From the NCBI GenBank assembly GCA_036172245.1, contig JAYWIR010000001.1, forward strand, positions 6,324,001 to 6,388,000: DNA of 64,000 bases. The letters are read 5' to 3'. Each line of letters starts with the position of its first letter. Positions within the stretch are counted from its first letter, which is position 1. The stretch comes from Raillietiella orientalis (lineage: Eukaryota). Positions 48,423 to 61,500 of this stretch are shown here, in pieces. Position numbers and translations under genes: made by a program. The notes beneath the pieces were generated by a model. That model saw nothing but the letters and a program-made list of their open reading frames with translations. It made no database searches and was not told where the DNA came from.

Positions 48423-49631
48423 CGAGACTGGAAGAGCAGAAAGTGAGAACGCATGCCGTGGCGCGTCCCAGGCGTCTCGGGTTTCCACTGCGAAGGCGCG
48501 TCCCTGGCGGTAGGTGGCGGCGACCCCGCGCCGCGGGCGCCTCGCATGATGCTGCGGACGGCGGCGGTCTTGCGGGAGGAAAGGCGGCGACGGCGCCGAG
48601 GAAGACGCCGCGTCTCGCGGACCGAGCGGGGGCGCGCACACGCCGGCCAAGAATCGGCCCCGCGGGGAAGAACGGAAAATTCGTGAAACCCCCCCCCCGC
48701 GTGGGGGGGGGGAGAGGCACTACGAGGACTCGCCGCCAGACGCTGCCAATCCGTTGGCGCGCGCGCGGCGGGGCGGAAGGCTATCCACCACAGGCAGGGG
48801 AAGGGTTTGCCGGGGGTCTGCTGCCGCAGGCGCGTGTACGGACGGTCCCGGGAGCAGCGGCGATCAGCACGCAGAGGCGCTCCTGGCGTTTTGAGTTCCT
48901 GGGGCAGCAGCAGCGCGCGCGGCGGTGACCTTTTCCATGTGGGAGGGAGAGGCAGGGGGACTCTCTTCCGCCCCTCCGGTGCAGCCGCCCCCGTTTCCTG
49001 GACGACGACGCGGCGGTGCCGCGGTCAGCTGTTTCCCGTGGAGACAGGCGGGCGACCGACTCCCGCGGTCGGCGAAGGGCGAGGACCGTTCCCGAGGTGT
49101 CTCGGAGAGCGAGAAGAGGAAGATGCTGGAGGAGGAGGAAGAGCGACCGAATGCGAGGTGGTGCCGGCTAGCAGCAGAGAGGGATCGCGTCGCGAGGGCA
49201 TTGGCGAAGAGACACGGCGGCCCCCGAGGGGGTGGACTGCGCTCCCCGGCGACCTTCCCGGCGAGCGGGCGCACGGGACGGACTCACGGCGTTGGTACTC
49301 AGGGGATCCCCCGAAGAGGAGACCTCAGGCCGAAGATGCGCCTCGCGCAGGACTTCTTGCTCCCCGGGAGTGGTCGGGAGAGTGCCGACACACTCAACCG
49401 GGGGGGATCTCTTGGAGCACCTCCTGCGGAGTGCCCTTACTCGCTCTGGAATGGAAAGTCCATCTGAGAGGTCGGTCCAAAAGAGGAGGAGGACGCGCAC
49501 CCATCCAGGCACGAGAAGAGGCGCTGCAACCCCGCGCAGCTGAGGAGGGGGGGGGGGAGAGACTGCGATGACGTTACGAGGAGAGCGGAGACGAGGCGTG
49601 TAGTGCAGCTTCGGAGGTTCTTGCAGCTCAC

Positions 49632-50283
49632 CTGGGGCGCACGGGAATGCAGGGGCAGACGGGACGCGTTCCGTATCCTCCTCCTTTCCTTGAATGGTGC
49701 CCTGGGAGTCCAGCCCGCCACGCGCACCCCGAGAGGCCGCCCGCATCTTGCGAGGGAGGCGGGCGCGCCCTCTGCCACCGCTCCACGTGACTGGCGAACC
49801 GGCCGCACGTGTCGCTGCCCCTGGCCCTGCATCTGCTCGCACCCACATCTCCGCGCCGCCACCCTCGAACCCCCTCCACGCGTGCAAGACGCCAGAAGCG
49901 CTCCCAAGGGAGGCAGGGGAAGTCGCCCCACCCCGGCGATCTGACACCGGGACAGGTTCGCCTTCCCCCGAGGTCCTGGAATGTTTCGGCCCAACCCGGT
50001 CTGCGGACCCGCTTCCAAGGCGCCGGGAGCCACCCGTGCCAGTTGGGCCTGGTCGAGGTAGGGCGTTCGTGGGGTTCCTTCGCTTTTCCGGTCCGCAGCG
50101 GGTCCCCATTCGTCCCGCTGAGACCGGAGGAGGGGCGTCGCCATCTTGTCCCGGACTGCCGGAGGTGCGCGGACCCCTCCCCCCTCCGCCCGACTGCTCG
50201 GACGAGGGTGCGTCGCTGGTTCCAGCAGGTGGCGCTACCGCCACCCTCCTGCCCGAAGGGTGTCGAGGCTGGGAATCCCGCAT
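49632..50283 (-). CDS. Candidate upstream NAB exon (G/P/S/R-rich N-terminal extension or 5'UTR)
   Basis: A strong donor CAG|GTGAG at 49632/49631 is phase-compatible with the acceptor at 48428 (CCA G|TC TCG ATG). The frame is open back to ATG 50283, with CCAAT and E-box motifs at ~50551-50593. Confidence 0.35.
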
Positions 50284-53200
50284 CCTGACCTCCGGAGGCC
50301 TCCAGGCAGTCTTCCCGGGGGGAGCGGCATCTTCCCAACGGCATCTTCGATTCGCCCTAACCCAGGCAAAAGAGACGCGCCACCTGGATGCTGGGAGGAG
50401 GCGAAGACCCGACGCCTCCTTCCCTGCGCGAGCGAAAAATTCGCTCCGTCGGTCTTCTTCCCGTCCTCCCGCGACCCCGCCCCCTTTTTTCTTCCCTCTC
50501 CCGTTCTTGGAGGGTCCCGTAAGCTCTTCGGGCCCCGAAGGGGTCTCCGTCCAATCACGGCTCGCGGTACGTGTCGCGCGAACGTGTCACGTGGGAAGCT
50601 GGAGGGACCGTACGCTGTCTGGAAATGCATTTCTTTCATGCCCACCTGCACCTAGAAACCAGCTCCAAAAATAGAACACGAAGGTAAAAATAGAAATGCG
50701 AAATTTTTTTTTTTTTTTTAACAGAGAGCAAAACGCGTGCGTGCGTGAGCGTGCGTGTTTCAGTTCCCCCTTTTCTTGACGTTCTCTCGGATGGGGGATG
50801 CGAACAGAGCCGCAGCAGCAGTTCTTCCTGGAGGGGGAGGGGGGAGACGCGTGGAAGAGTTCCGGACAGAAGGCAGAAGCGACTGCTTCCCTTCTACCAA
50901 GTGGAACTTGCGTGTGCTCCGTCACTGGGGGGCGGCTGGCGTGTCGTGCCCTCCACTCGTTCTTAAAATAAACAACCGCCAACCCACGGATTTGGCCAGA
51001 ATTCGCTACTCCTGTTTCTGATGAAGAAGAATTTATTATTACCCCATCCTCTTTGCGAGCGGCTGCCCCTGCCTAGCCAACGGCAGCCGTCGACCCGAGC
51101 AGCGACCGAAGCTCGAACTCGCAGGGCGCAGAGACTCCCATCCTGAACCCGGAGCAGCCTTTCGGCGGTGAAACGTGGGAAAGGGGCGCTCTCGAAAGAC
51201 CGAGCGCGACACCAGAGGGGGAGAGAGAGAGAGCTCCGGCGGGGGTCTCCAAGGCAACGGGTGCCCGATGCGAGTGCCTTCCCAGCTGGGGAGCTTTACG
51301 CCACACGGGCCTCAGCGGTGGGGCCGCTGTCGCAAGCGAGAAGTGCGCTCCTGAAGCCCGCACGAGCATCCTGTCGAGGCTCCGAGAACGAGGGGCCAAT
51401 GCTTCGTTAAGGAGAAGATGCGCCGCAGGCCACGACTCGGTGAGCAATCGGGAGAGCAGGGGTTTGGAAGCCCGGCATTCCCCTTCCCCCTCCTCCTCCC
51501 TCCACGTGCACGCCGCCCGCCTGGGGTATCAACTGCGGGTCTTCTGGAACGCGTGTGACCACACCGCGCGACAAGTGCGCTGATTACCGAGGGAGTGGCA
51601 GCCGGGCATCAAGGATGAAGGAAGGCAAGAGATGGCAACTTTCATCCTGCTAGCGGGGAGGACGGGAGCGTGTGTGCTGCCATCACGTCGAGGGAGCACC
51701 TGAAGACGGCGCCGGCCGCGTCCCAAGCGGGCGCGCGGACGGAACGTGCCGCTCAACTGGAGGACCCCTGAATTTCGCACGTTTCGGTCTGTCTCGGGGC
51801 ACGCCGGTCCAGAGCAGGACCTCGGTGGGGCCGATTAAGCGATGGGTCCAATCCCTATCGCTTGAGCTTTGGCATGAACACACAGGTGACCACCAGACTG
51901 ACAACAAGCAGCATGAGCTTGAACAGGGTGCGAAAAAGAAACAACAGCCACGGCCAACAACACTTCGTTTTGCCAGTGGCTGCGTTCACGATCTGCAGCT
52001 AAAACAAGAAATGTCATGTCAGTGTGGGATTCCTCGGTCTTAGTGCCTTTTATTAATGGTACTTTACAGTGGACACGTACCCCAGTTCCTGCACCTTTTG
52101 CTAAGAGGAGGATTCGTACAATCTCACGAGGCTAAGAGATCACGCGCGCTCTAGGAAACGGCGTTTGTACACATCCTGACTTTCTCTACTCGACAAGCGA
52201 AAGATGCTACCACGTATCTGCAACGAGAGCAAGAAGAGATCATTCACTAGGAGACACATCAAGCAGGGGGCAGCAGGTCGTTCTCACGAGCGCGGCGCAG
52301 ACGGTGAGTGGCGGCCGCGCGCGATGCCGGAAGCGTTTCCGACAGGCCTGCAAACTTTCCCTCCTGTAGCAGCAGCAGGCGGGCGAAGGGAAGACGCGAA
52401 GGAGCGTGCAGAAAGAGTCCAGGGAAGATGGGAGAAACCCACATAGGCCAAGACGTACGTGCTGCTGCTCACCCTCTCCGCGAGGCGAAGAGGGAGCGCG
52501 GCGCCTTCAGGCCGAGAGCGTTCAGCCATCCGCCCTGCGAAGCGTCTTCGACCGTCTGTCTGGAGGTCGTCCGCTCGGGAAAGGAGGACGAGGTGCGCGC
52601 AGACAGCGGGGTCGGGACCGAAAGCGGCTGCCGCGTGAAACCAAACGGTGCCGACACCCTCTAGCCGTGTGATCCACGCCCGAGCACCACCTCCAGAGGA
52701 GTCCCGCCGCCGCCACACGTGATGCTCGATTTCTTCCGCGCTAGCAGGTCGGAAGGAAGGGCCGAGACGTCACTGCCACCTCCAAGTACTGACTGCCCCG
52801 GGCGGCGTTTTCCACGAGCACCCACCCACGATGGACGTTCGTTCCGTCTCAGTCCTTCCGATGGCCGGAGTCCCAGGATCTTCAAACCTCATCCTGCTCT
52901 TCCTGAAGCCGACGGTTCGCCGTCCTAGTCGAGGGTGCTGATGCGAGCGGACGCAGAGCACCACGGTCCAGGAGTCGGTCTTTTGCCAGGCTACGTGGGA
53001 GAACACCAATAGACACTTTCGTCGTGGGATGGTTGCGCAGCACATCACCGAGAGCCTCCTCTTGGTCTCTTTCGCCCTCCCGAGTACACGCCCAGATGTA
53101 GTCGCGTTGCACACCAACCAAGGAGAGAATAGGGTTGGCAAACGGCGCGTTCGTTCACTGAGTCTCGTGTTGCTCCTGTCCAGAGCTTCGAAGGAGCGGC

Positions 53201-54029
53201 CAACACCGCGAGGCGAGTGGTGCTGCCCATTGCCAGGAGCATCAGGGAAGCGCAGGCCTCTCCCAGAAGCAAAATCTCCCAGCTTTCCAGTCCGCAGCGT
53301 CATTCGCAAGTGCGCTCGGTGGTTCGGCGGCCAACACCCTCTGCGCCACAACAAGGAAGATCGCAAGAAGCTGCAGCTTCTAAACTCTCTTCTAAACTCT
53401 TCTCTCAACTTCTAAACTCTAAAGTACCTCCCACCCTGGTTGTTTCCGAAGGGAGCCTCTTCCTCATTCTCTCTGGAAAGACCTCCGGAGGGGGGCGTCC
53501 CATTATTTCTTCGCCAAAGAAAACCCGGAAAGGATCCGCTCCTGGATTTCTTCTCGGAGGGAATCTCCGCATGGGAAGCGCTCCTTGTTTCCTCCTCTGA
53601 AGGGAACTCTGAAGGGAACAACGCACTTGCATTCTGGAGAGGCGACCCCGGAGGTGGACATCAACCACCTCCATGTACGAGATGGACGGCTTCATATTCG
53701 CAACCGGAGGGGAACCCCGAAGGGCTTCTTGATTCCTAGAGGGGCCCGGAGGAGCCAATTAAAAATTCCGGCCAGTCAACGGGGACATCCCGTTTTTCAA
53801 CTCTCATCAGTGCCTCACACAAAGCCCGCAGGCCAATCAGCACTATCCGGCAACGGGCTACGAAACCCACGACGCACCCCCCCTGTCTATCAGCAGCGCG
53901 ATTCCAGATGGGATCGGTTTAGCAAATAATCCAGAAGTCTTGGGGAACGGGAAGGAAATACGAGCGGTTTCAGAGGTCCACTTCCAAACCCGGCCAGTCG
54001 GCAGGGGCATCCGGTTTCTGGTTTCCACC

Positions 54030-54460
54030 GGTGCCGCATCCCGAATCGGCCAGCCGGCGTCATCCTGTTGGAGAGGACTCGAAACCCACGGCGCCTCCTA
54101 TCTTCACTCCCCACCCCCCCATTTCTAGACGTCGATCCTCCCCCCGGATGGGATTCGAGCCCGCGACGCTTGGTGCTGCACGCTGAGGCCGGCAGCCGCA
54201 CGGTCTCCCACATGGACAGTGCATTTATAGCACCGGAGAATGCACTCGGAAGGTCTCTCCTTCTTGGCCTCGGAAGCGTCGCCAGTATCGTCCACTGCGG
54301 CACCCGAATAGAGGCAAGCCGGCGTCATCCTGCAGGTGGGGGGACTCGAAACCACGACGCACTCTTCCCATTTCTCAGCGTCGATCCTTTCCCCGAGCGG
54401 GATTCGAACCCGCGACGCTCGGTGCCGAAGCGGAGCGCGCAGCCGCAAGGTTCGCCGACG
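54030..54460 (-). mobile_element. Two tandem copies of a tRNA-derived SINE-like element
   Basis: T-arm/B-box GGGTTCGAATCCC (54399-54411) and GGGCTCGAATCCC (54150-54162). The two units share downstream blocks GGATCGACG..AGAAATGG, GGTTTCGAGTCC and CAGGATGACGCCGGCT, with a period of ~250-265 bp. Confidence 0.65.
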
Positions 54461-55031
54461 GTTCTTCCTCTGAGAAGACCACTCCAATTCGAATTCAGTG
54501 ATCTGCGTTTATCGACGGGGAAACCGTGGCAGCCGGAACGAACGATCTCTGCTTCCCCTCACCTGTGTTTCTGCGCCTTCCGACTGGTGCCGAAAACGAA
54601 AAGATGACACAGCAACAACAGAAACCGAAATACTGAAGGGTTCCAGGTTGCCACGAAGGGAGAAGGAAATGCCATGTTTGAACATTTTCCGATGATGTAC
54701 ACTGCAAATGTGTTCCCGAAAACGCGCATTTGCTTTCTTTTCCTTTTTCCTTTTTTTGACAGCGGTTCGCCCGGTTTGTGGGACAACCCGAAGGACCGGA
54801 CGATTCGCTCCCAAGAATTTCGTCTCCTTCTCCTTCTAAGCAGCGCGTCTAGTCTTCCTCTGGAGTAACGGGCTGTCCGCTGTTCCCCATCGGTTGTCCT
54901 GCCTCACAAATAAAAAGATCACGTCAATGGAATTTTCGTCGTGTATTCGGTCGAAACGAGGCGGAAAGCAAAAGCAACTTGCGTGACGTCAGCGACGCGA
55001 TTTCAAGTTCCCTTTTCTTCTTCGCCTGTCC

Positions 55032-55175
55032 TTCCTACTTGGCTGAGGAGAGTCAAGTCGATCCACTTACTGGCGACCCGGCAGGTCCCATGTTGTGCTG
55101 GCCGCAGTGGGGCCTTGTATCACGAATGTCGTATCGTGAGTTTTAAATAAACGCCCCGGCGTGACCGGGTAACAA
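55032..55175 (+). mobile_element. 3'UTR-only copy C of the AATAAA-hairpin non-LTR family
   Basis: Ends AATAAACGCCCCGGCGTGACCGGGTAACAA and shares CCCGGCAG with copy D (CTCGGCAG in B). A possible 9-bp TSD, CGCCTGTCC, lies at 55023-55031 and 55176-55184. Confidence 0.65.
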
Positions 55176-55459
55176 CGCCTGTCCGTCGTCAAGTGCATCC
55201 CACCGCACCGTCGGATTCGAAACCGAAAATCCAGGAAGGGCACGTGCAACGTTTTCTCCCTTCTGCCGGCAGGGGCTGACCCCGCGCGGTGCTGCTACGG
55301 ACGGGGTCACCGCCGGGGGAGTTTCCACCGGTTTACGCAGCGCCGGGACTTTGCGAGAGCAGACCATCAGCGGCCCAATCCCGACTGCCATGCGCGGAGA
55401 CTCGTCAAAAGGGAGGAGAGGCGAACAGTACCAGCAGCAGACAAACACACACAAAAAAG

Positions 55460-55532
55460 TGCCTCAGACGCGGATTCAACCCCGCGCACGCTGCACGTGG
55501 AGAAGCTGCGAGTGAACGTGTCTGCGCGGCAG
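55460..55532 (-). repeat. Degenerate tRNA-like / SINE head remnant
   Basis: Minus strand GCGCGGGGTTGAATCCGCGTCTGAGGC resembles a decayed T-arm. Similar remnants occur near 55210 and 56190. Confidence 0.3.
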
Positions 55533-58500
55533 TCGAGCCGAAAGGAGGAGGCGCTCGAAGGTGACGTCAGCTGCATTCCGGGGGGACTTGTGAACTCGAA
55601 ACGAAGTAAAACATCCGTAGCTTAGCGGTTTGCTCGAGTCCAGGGAAACCGCTGGGCGCCGTCAACTCCTGGAGTCCGGGAAGCGGACAACTCGAAGTGG
55701 GTGACGTCTCGCATCCGCCCCAACGCCAAACGGAAAGGACGGACGGGCAGAAGAAAGCGGGAGGCTGCAAAAAACGGGCCTGGAAGAGGGAAAGACACGT
55801 CCGGCAAACGGAGCCAGCGAGCTGGCTGCTTCGGGATCCACGCGAGACGGGATGCCCGCACCACCATCTCGAGAGTCGTGCATCTGAGACCGCGAGCAGC
55901 CGCGCGGGGATCCGCGAAGGGGAGCAGTCGTTGCCTCCAGTCAGTCGCTTGCATCTGCATCCCTACTTGCAAACACCTCTTCGGCTCGACTGACTCGACG
56001 CTCTCTTGTTGGCGGCTCGGGAGAAGGACGCCAAAGCAGAGGAAGACGCAGGCAAGAAAGCTTTGCTGACTCCAACTTGGGAGTTTGTGACCCACTCCCG
56101 GGATGTGCCACACGAAGAAGCGACGAAGCGCGCAGTGCGGACAGCAGAAGGCCTCGGCCGATCCTCTGTCGATCGTCCAAGGGTGTAGGATCGAACCCTA
56201 GGGGGAATATTAAGCGCCGCATTCATTCCTAGATTTGAGATGCAGAAAAACCCACCCAGCGGTCCGGACGTCCGTTCTGCCTGGGCACGCTCACGCTCAC
56301 GGACATGAGTGTGCGCGCTGCAAACCAGCGATGCTTTCATGCGAGCGTGTGCCGAGGTCTTCGGGTCGCTTTGATATTCCGACATCCAAAGAGTAGGATG
56401 AGGTGTGTCCGGTTTAGAATTAGGATCCTCGTCCGGAGACTTCCGTTCTCGATCGGCAACTCGATGAGCAGATAAGGGCGGTCAAGTGAGATCGACTGCC
56501 CAGTTTACGCCTTATTCGCCCTACACGCTGCCCCCTCTGTTCTCTTTGTACGACCTTCCTCGATAGTTTGTGCCGAGCAGACCCCGCGCAGATAAAACAA
56601 AAGATGAATCTGCCGAATCTGCAAAGCACGTAATGAAAAAAAAGGTGCATTTTCTCTTTCCTCCATACACTCTAGCTGACCATACGGACGAATCTGTCTG
56701 GCCACGTGCGTGACAAATGAGCTTTCCTGCACTCGATTCTGCCTTTTGAGCTTCTTTGCTTTTTCGCGTTCGCTAGAACGCAGAAGAGGAAGAAAGAGCA
56801 ACGGTGGTTGCCGCCGTCTTGACACTTCGACCAGCAACTTCCTTCCGCTTCGAAGCATCCGAAACGCAAGAACCCACCCTCCAGCACGAGAATCCGGAGG
56901 AACTTCCCTTTCCGATGGATCCGGCTAGCTCCAAACTCCCAGCTGCCGTCCCCCGTTCCCGGGTGTTCTTGGACAGGAGACAATTGAGTATCCTGTGGAT
57001 CCTCGATAGACAATGGTGATCCCTCGTTGTTGGGGAAGAGCGCTCGTGGGGCTACCGGCGAGCCGAGGTCTTGTCGCAAGCACCTCCTTTTCCGTGTGGG
57101 TTCCCCGCTCCCGACTCCGCACCGCGCTAGCCTGCAGAGCATCGTCTGGAAGTCCTCGCTGGCCATTCTCCACGACCCTCTGTGGCTCCCGTCAGAGGCG
57201 ACGGTGTCACGAACGCACCGTGACCGGAACACGAAGGTCGCTCGGCGATTCATACCACGAGCCAGTCCGTGAAATACCTTGTGTCTTAATGTACTCCTAC
57301 AACCGGGCGTAGGATTGTTCTTTCTTTTTCTTTTTTTCGAGGGAAAGGAAGGCACCATTCATGACTTCGCAACGTATTCTGCTTTGCTTTTGCTCTTTTA
57401 CGACGCCGACCTCCCCCCCTCCTCGCGTTTTCCTTTTTTATCTCTTTGTCGAAATGCACATCTTATTGCGTTCGGCTATCAGGCGCAGCTGTTGTGGTCC
57501 GTTCGGAAAGAAATTACCTTGCTTTCCGAAAGATGCACCATATTATTACCACTCCCGATAACCTATGAGTGTCTTCGCCACTGCAGACTGGTGTTTTCTC
57601 TAGTATTCTGGAAACACTCTTCAACGAACCGCACAGCAGGACGGTAATTTATGGCTGCCAAGTGAGTGGTTGGCTCGCGAGCGGGAACGCTCCAGTTGCG
57701 GTCCCGGCCCGCGCGCGGGGTTTCGAGACCACGGAATCCTGGCGACCTCGGGCACAGGGCGAGGTCGCGCGCCATCGCCAGATGTGTTCCACATCCTGCA
57801 GACGCACGTGAGTTGAACTCGTCTCGAGGCCCAGTCCGCCCCGCTGAAGACGCCCTTGGTTGCCAAGGCAAGGCAAAGCGAAACGAGGCCGATGGAGGTC
57901 GCCTCGACCGCGGGGGAGCACCCGGTCGGCGCCGCCGCACGTTCCGCTGCGCCCCTCGAGGTTCCGTCCCGGGCACCCGCTCCTCGAGCCTCCGAAGCTC
58001 CCGGGGACGCGCACCACGAAGGCTAACCGCTTCGACGGAACCTAAGCTGCGAGAAACGGGGATGGCACGAGGTCATTCGTCCATCCACCTTGGAACGCCC
58101 GGTCGGAAAGCACACCCACCTCCTCCGCCCCCTTGTCGCGACCACGCAGCGTCCACTCCGCATCCGGGCGAGGGTGGTTTTCAGCGAAAACGGGCTCGCC
58201 GAATTCCCCCTCCCTGCCAACCCTTCCGCCGCCCCACAAGCACGCGGCGTGCCCTGCTGAGGTCTGCAGAGGAACTTTTGCCGGTGTGCGTGTACAAATT
58301 TGCGCGCGTTTTATATGAGCACGGAAATTCCCCACATGGAAAGTGTTCCAGGATGCGAACGAGTGCCATTCGGACACTAACATGCGTCACGGAAGAAATA
58401 TCGCCTCACACATTCTTCGGCGTGTTTTGCTTTGCATCCTCCAAACAGAATTTTTTTTTTTTTTTCCTTTCCACATTAAAGAGGGAACCAAAATTCTCGG

Positions 58501-61500
58501 GAAGGCATTTCGAACAATGGGGAACGGCGTAAACAGAACGATAATCTTCAGGAAAAGAACCTTTGCCTAAAAATGCCGAGTTGGTCGGGCGGCCGTAAAA
58601 AAAAGAGGGAAAAAAAATGGGGGGGGGAGGAGGGAGGGAAGAAAAAATTCTCGCTTGTTTTCACAGCACTGCCGGTATCACTGATGAATTCACAAAGCAG
58701 ACACTCGAAGTGTGGGCGAAGACGAATGGCGAGATGGGGTCAAGTTGACCCCATCTCGCCAAACAGTCGACGGTCCTTTGTTACGGCAGTGGCCGCCCCT
58801 CTGAGAAACTTCCGCCATCCCCGTGGTTACCCGCTCTGTGCAGACTTGGCGTCCCCTCCTCCTCTTCCTCAAGTCCACCCATTTTCACAGCACGCGCGAG
58901 TCCCTGCCCCGCACTGCCACGCCCGTCCTCACGGAAACGACGCGGTTCTTCGCCAAGCGCACCCTCATTCGACCGGAGGGCACGGCAGCAGCAACTGAAG
59001 CAGCCGCTTTCAAAGGCCGCACTTTTGATTCCCGACTCGACACCGGAGAAAGGTCAAACGCATGAAGATGACCAGCAAACGCAACCATGGACGAAGACGA
59101 ATCCCATATTCAGTCAACACAACAGTTCAACCGACACATTCATTTTCAGCGGGGAAGCCCTACGCGTTGCGGAGGCCCGAAGCATTCAAGAGAAACTGCA
59201 TTTCGGATTTCCGTGTCCGGATGACCTGACTCGGCAATCCGGACGGTTATGGATGAACTGCGCCTGTCACGTGTCACCAGAGGAAACGCTCCATCGCAAA
59301 AAGACAGCGTCCACATTTCACAAACTGTCTCACGAACTTTCCAGCCACACCTACGGTGCAAATCGAGTGCGTCGTCTCGGCAAACGCTTTCGTTGCGTGG
59401 GGACGGGGCACACGCTGTGGAGAGAGTGCAAGCCGGGGGGCCCCACGGACCCCGCACCGTCTCGGTGTGATCCTCGTTCACGACGATAACTTTCGTGATC
59501 GCTTCACGGCGGTGCCCGGGACCGCAGCTCGGACGACGGAGGGCAGCAGCCCGGTCGGTTTCGCCCTGCCGTCGCGGGCTGGCCCGGCGGATCTGCACAT
59601 CGCGGAGAGAATCGTTTCGCTGAACCTCGAAACTCAGAAACGCCCGGGGTGCGCACTCCCACAAGTGGGTTTGGGGCCCGGACCTCCCGGGAGCTCTCCC
59701 TCCGCCCCCCGTGTGCCGACTCGGAAAAGGCGTCTGTTTGCCGGTCGGGTTGGCTCGCCTGCGTTTGCATAGTGGGGCTCTTCCTACGCCGTGGCTACCG
59801 CATGGAAACGTCTCACTCGACGGCACGTGCGAGCCGCCATCTTCTCCTAATTACAGAATCCCTGAACACAGGACTCCCACGGGCGAATTCACGCGGTGCG
59901 GAAAGGGGGATGTGAAATAAGGAACGTCAGGAGGATTTGCTGTGCGTTGTGTCAACGTTCAGGATTTAGCGTGACGGTAAATATAGATTGCGGCATGCAC
60001 CGAAAAGGTCTGTCAACGAGGCTGGTAGAACCCTTCGTGAAATGCAGGCTCGGGGAGGGTTCCGAAGGATAGGGGAAGAGGGAGGAGGAGAAAGAGGGGG
60101 GCAGTGCGGAAAAACAGCACGGAGCCACGGCGTTCTCTCCCTGTTTCCGAAACGCCACGGACCAGGAATTTCGCCCATTCCTCACCGGGAGACCGAGAAT
60201 CTTCCTGCTCCGATGCCGGGTGAGTTCACCCAGGAAGTTCGACTCGAGCGGAACGCTCCTATAGAAGAAATTTCAATCCATTTGATCACACGCGCGCGAA
60301 CGAAGGCCCTGAAGGACACCAATCGAATTCCTGATTTTCTTGGGAACAAGACCTGGCAAGCGTGTTTTTTTTCCTTTCTCCATTGTTGTTTTCCGCCTGC
60401 TGATCCTAATTGGATCCGGCGCGAACAAGGCAGGATCCGCGAATCAAGACGATCAAATGAGAAACAGCTTTCGAAGACACGCCCCCTTTTTTCTTTTTTT
60501 CCTTTTCCAAATTTGATTTAGAAAGTGTTGGCGAATGGCATACGTCAAGACTTGTGGAGCAGGAGGGAGATCCAGACTGCTGCCTGAATTGATTTCCTTC
60601 CTTTTTTTCTGCACATCCTTGTACGACGACTCGAAGCATCCCGTTTGCTCACCCCCCCACCGGCCTGCATCTGTCAGCCGCGAACTCGGGACACGGGTGG
60701 CGGAGGTCACCTGGCGCGCGCGTCTTCCGTGGTTCCTTCTTCCCTCAGGGAGGGTCCGTATCTTTCCAACCCGTTGGGTTTTTATTTTTGTTTTTTGTTT
60801 TTTTTTGCGCTGCGTTACATAACGCACGTTGAGAGCCACCACGGGTGGCGAGGACTTGCGGAGAACGGACCAGTGGCTCCCCTCCCCACGGGAGGGAGGT
60901 TGCCCCTGCAAACGCGCGGGATCTGGAGCACGGACACGGCCAGGGCCATGGGGCGAAGCCGTGCTAAAGGATTCGCGAATTTGTCCGACTCGCCGAGTTG
61001 CGGTTGCGCGCCGTTAGGCACGAAACATGCCAACGTGCGGAGACGGAAGAGGAGGAAGAAGAAATTCCAGGTTGTCACAAATCGATCGAACAAGTTTTAA
61101 CCTTTTCCACGAATTCGAACGAAGAGAAGATCAGAAAGCGATGATGATCTTCGCTGCAAGCGTCTGGGTCTTATTAACGGTAACTTTCTTTATACCCTCC
61201 GAAATGTTCTTCTGGCTACCACCACCATTCAGTGTGAAATTTTCGGCATCAAATGTAATGAGCCCGAAATTTCTTTGGGCTGCTGTTGCAACCGATTCTG
61301 ACCTTCTAGGATGGTACTTCCTGTTCCTCAACTTGCTCAATGGGATCAAAATGCCATTTTGGCTGCTTTCCCTTTGTTCTTTCTAGAACGCACCATTCAC
61401 GTTTCCCTGTGAGTATCCACCCTTTGAAGCCCCCCTTCTTTCATGTTTTTTTGTTTCTTCTTCCGTGGTCCAGGTATTCCCGGTCATCAGGCTCCCACGA

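Noticed and set aside
52017-52200. Solo LTR (minus-strand AATAAA ... ACA end)
   Set aside because: No second LTR, primer-binding site or TSD was identified.
53050-53400. Reverse transcriptase remnant (SALAND, HLGVY on the minus strand)
   Set aside because: The motifs are degenerate and in different frames, so they cannot be separated from chance.
54390-54460. Genuine tRNA gene
   Set aside because: The T-arm is good, but I could not fold a convincing D-arm or acceptor stem, and the flanks are shared with a second degenerate copy, which fits a SINE.
61027-61386. Hydrophobic 119-aa ORF and its antisense ORF in an AT-richer patch
   Set aside because: No recognisable family, splice context or motif on either strand.
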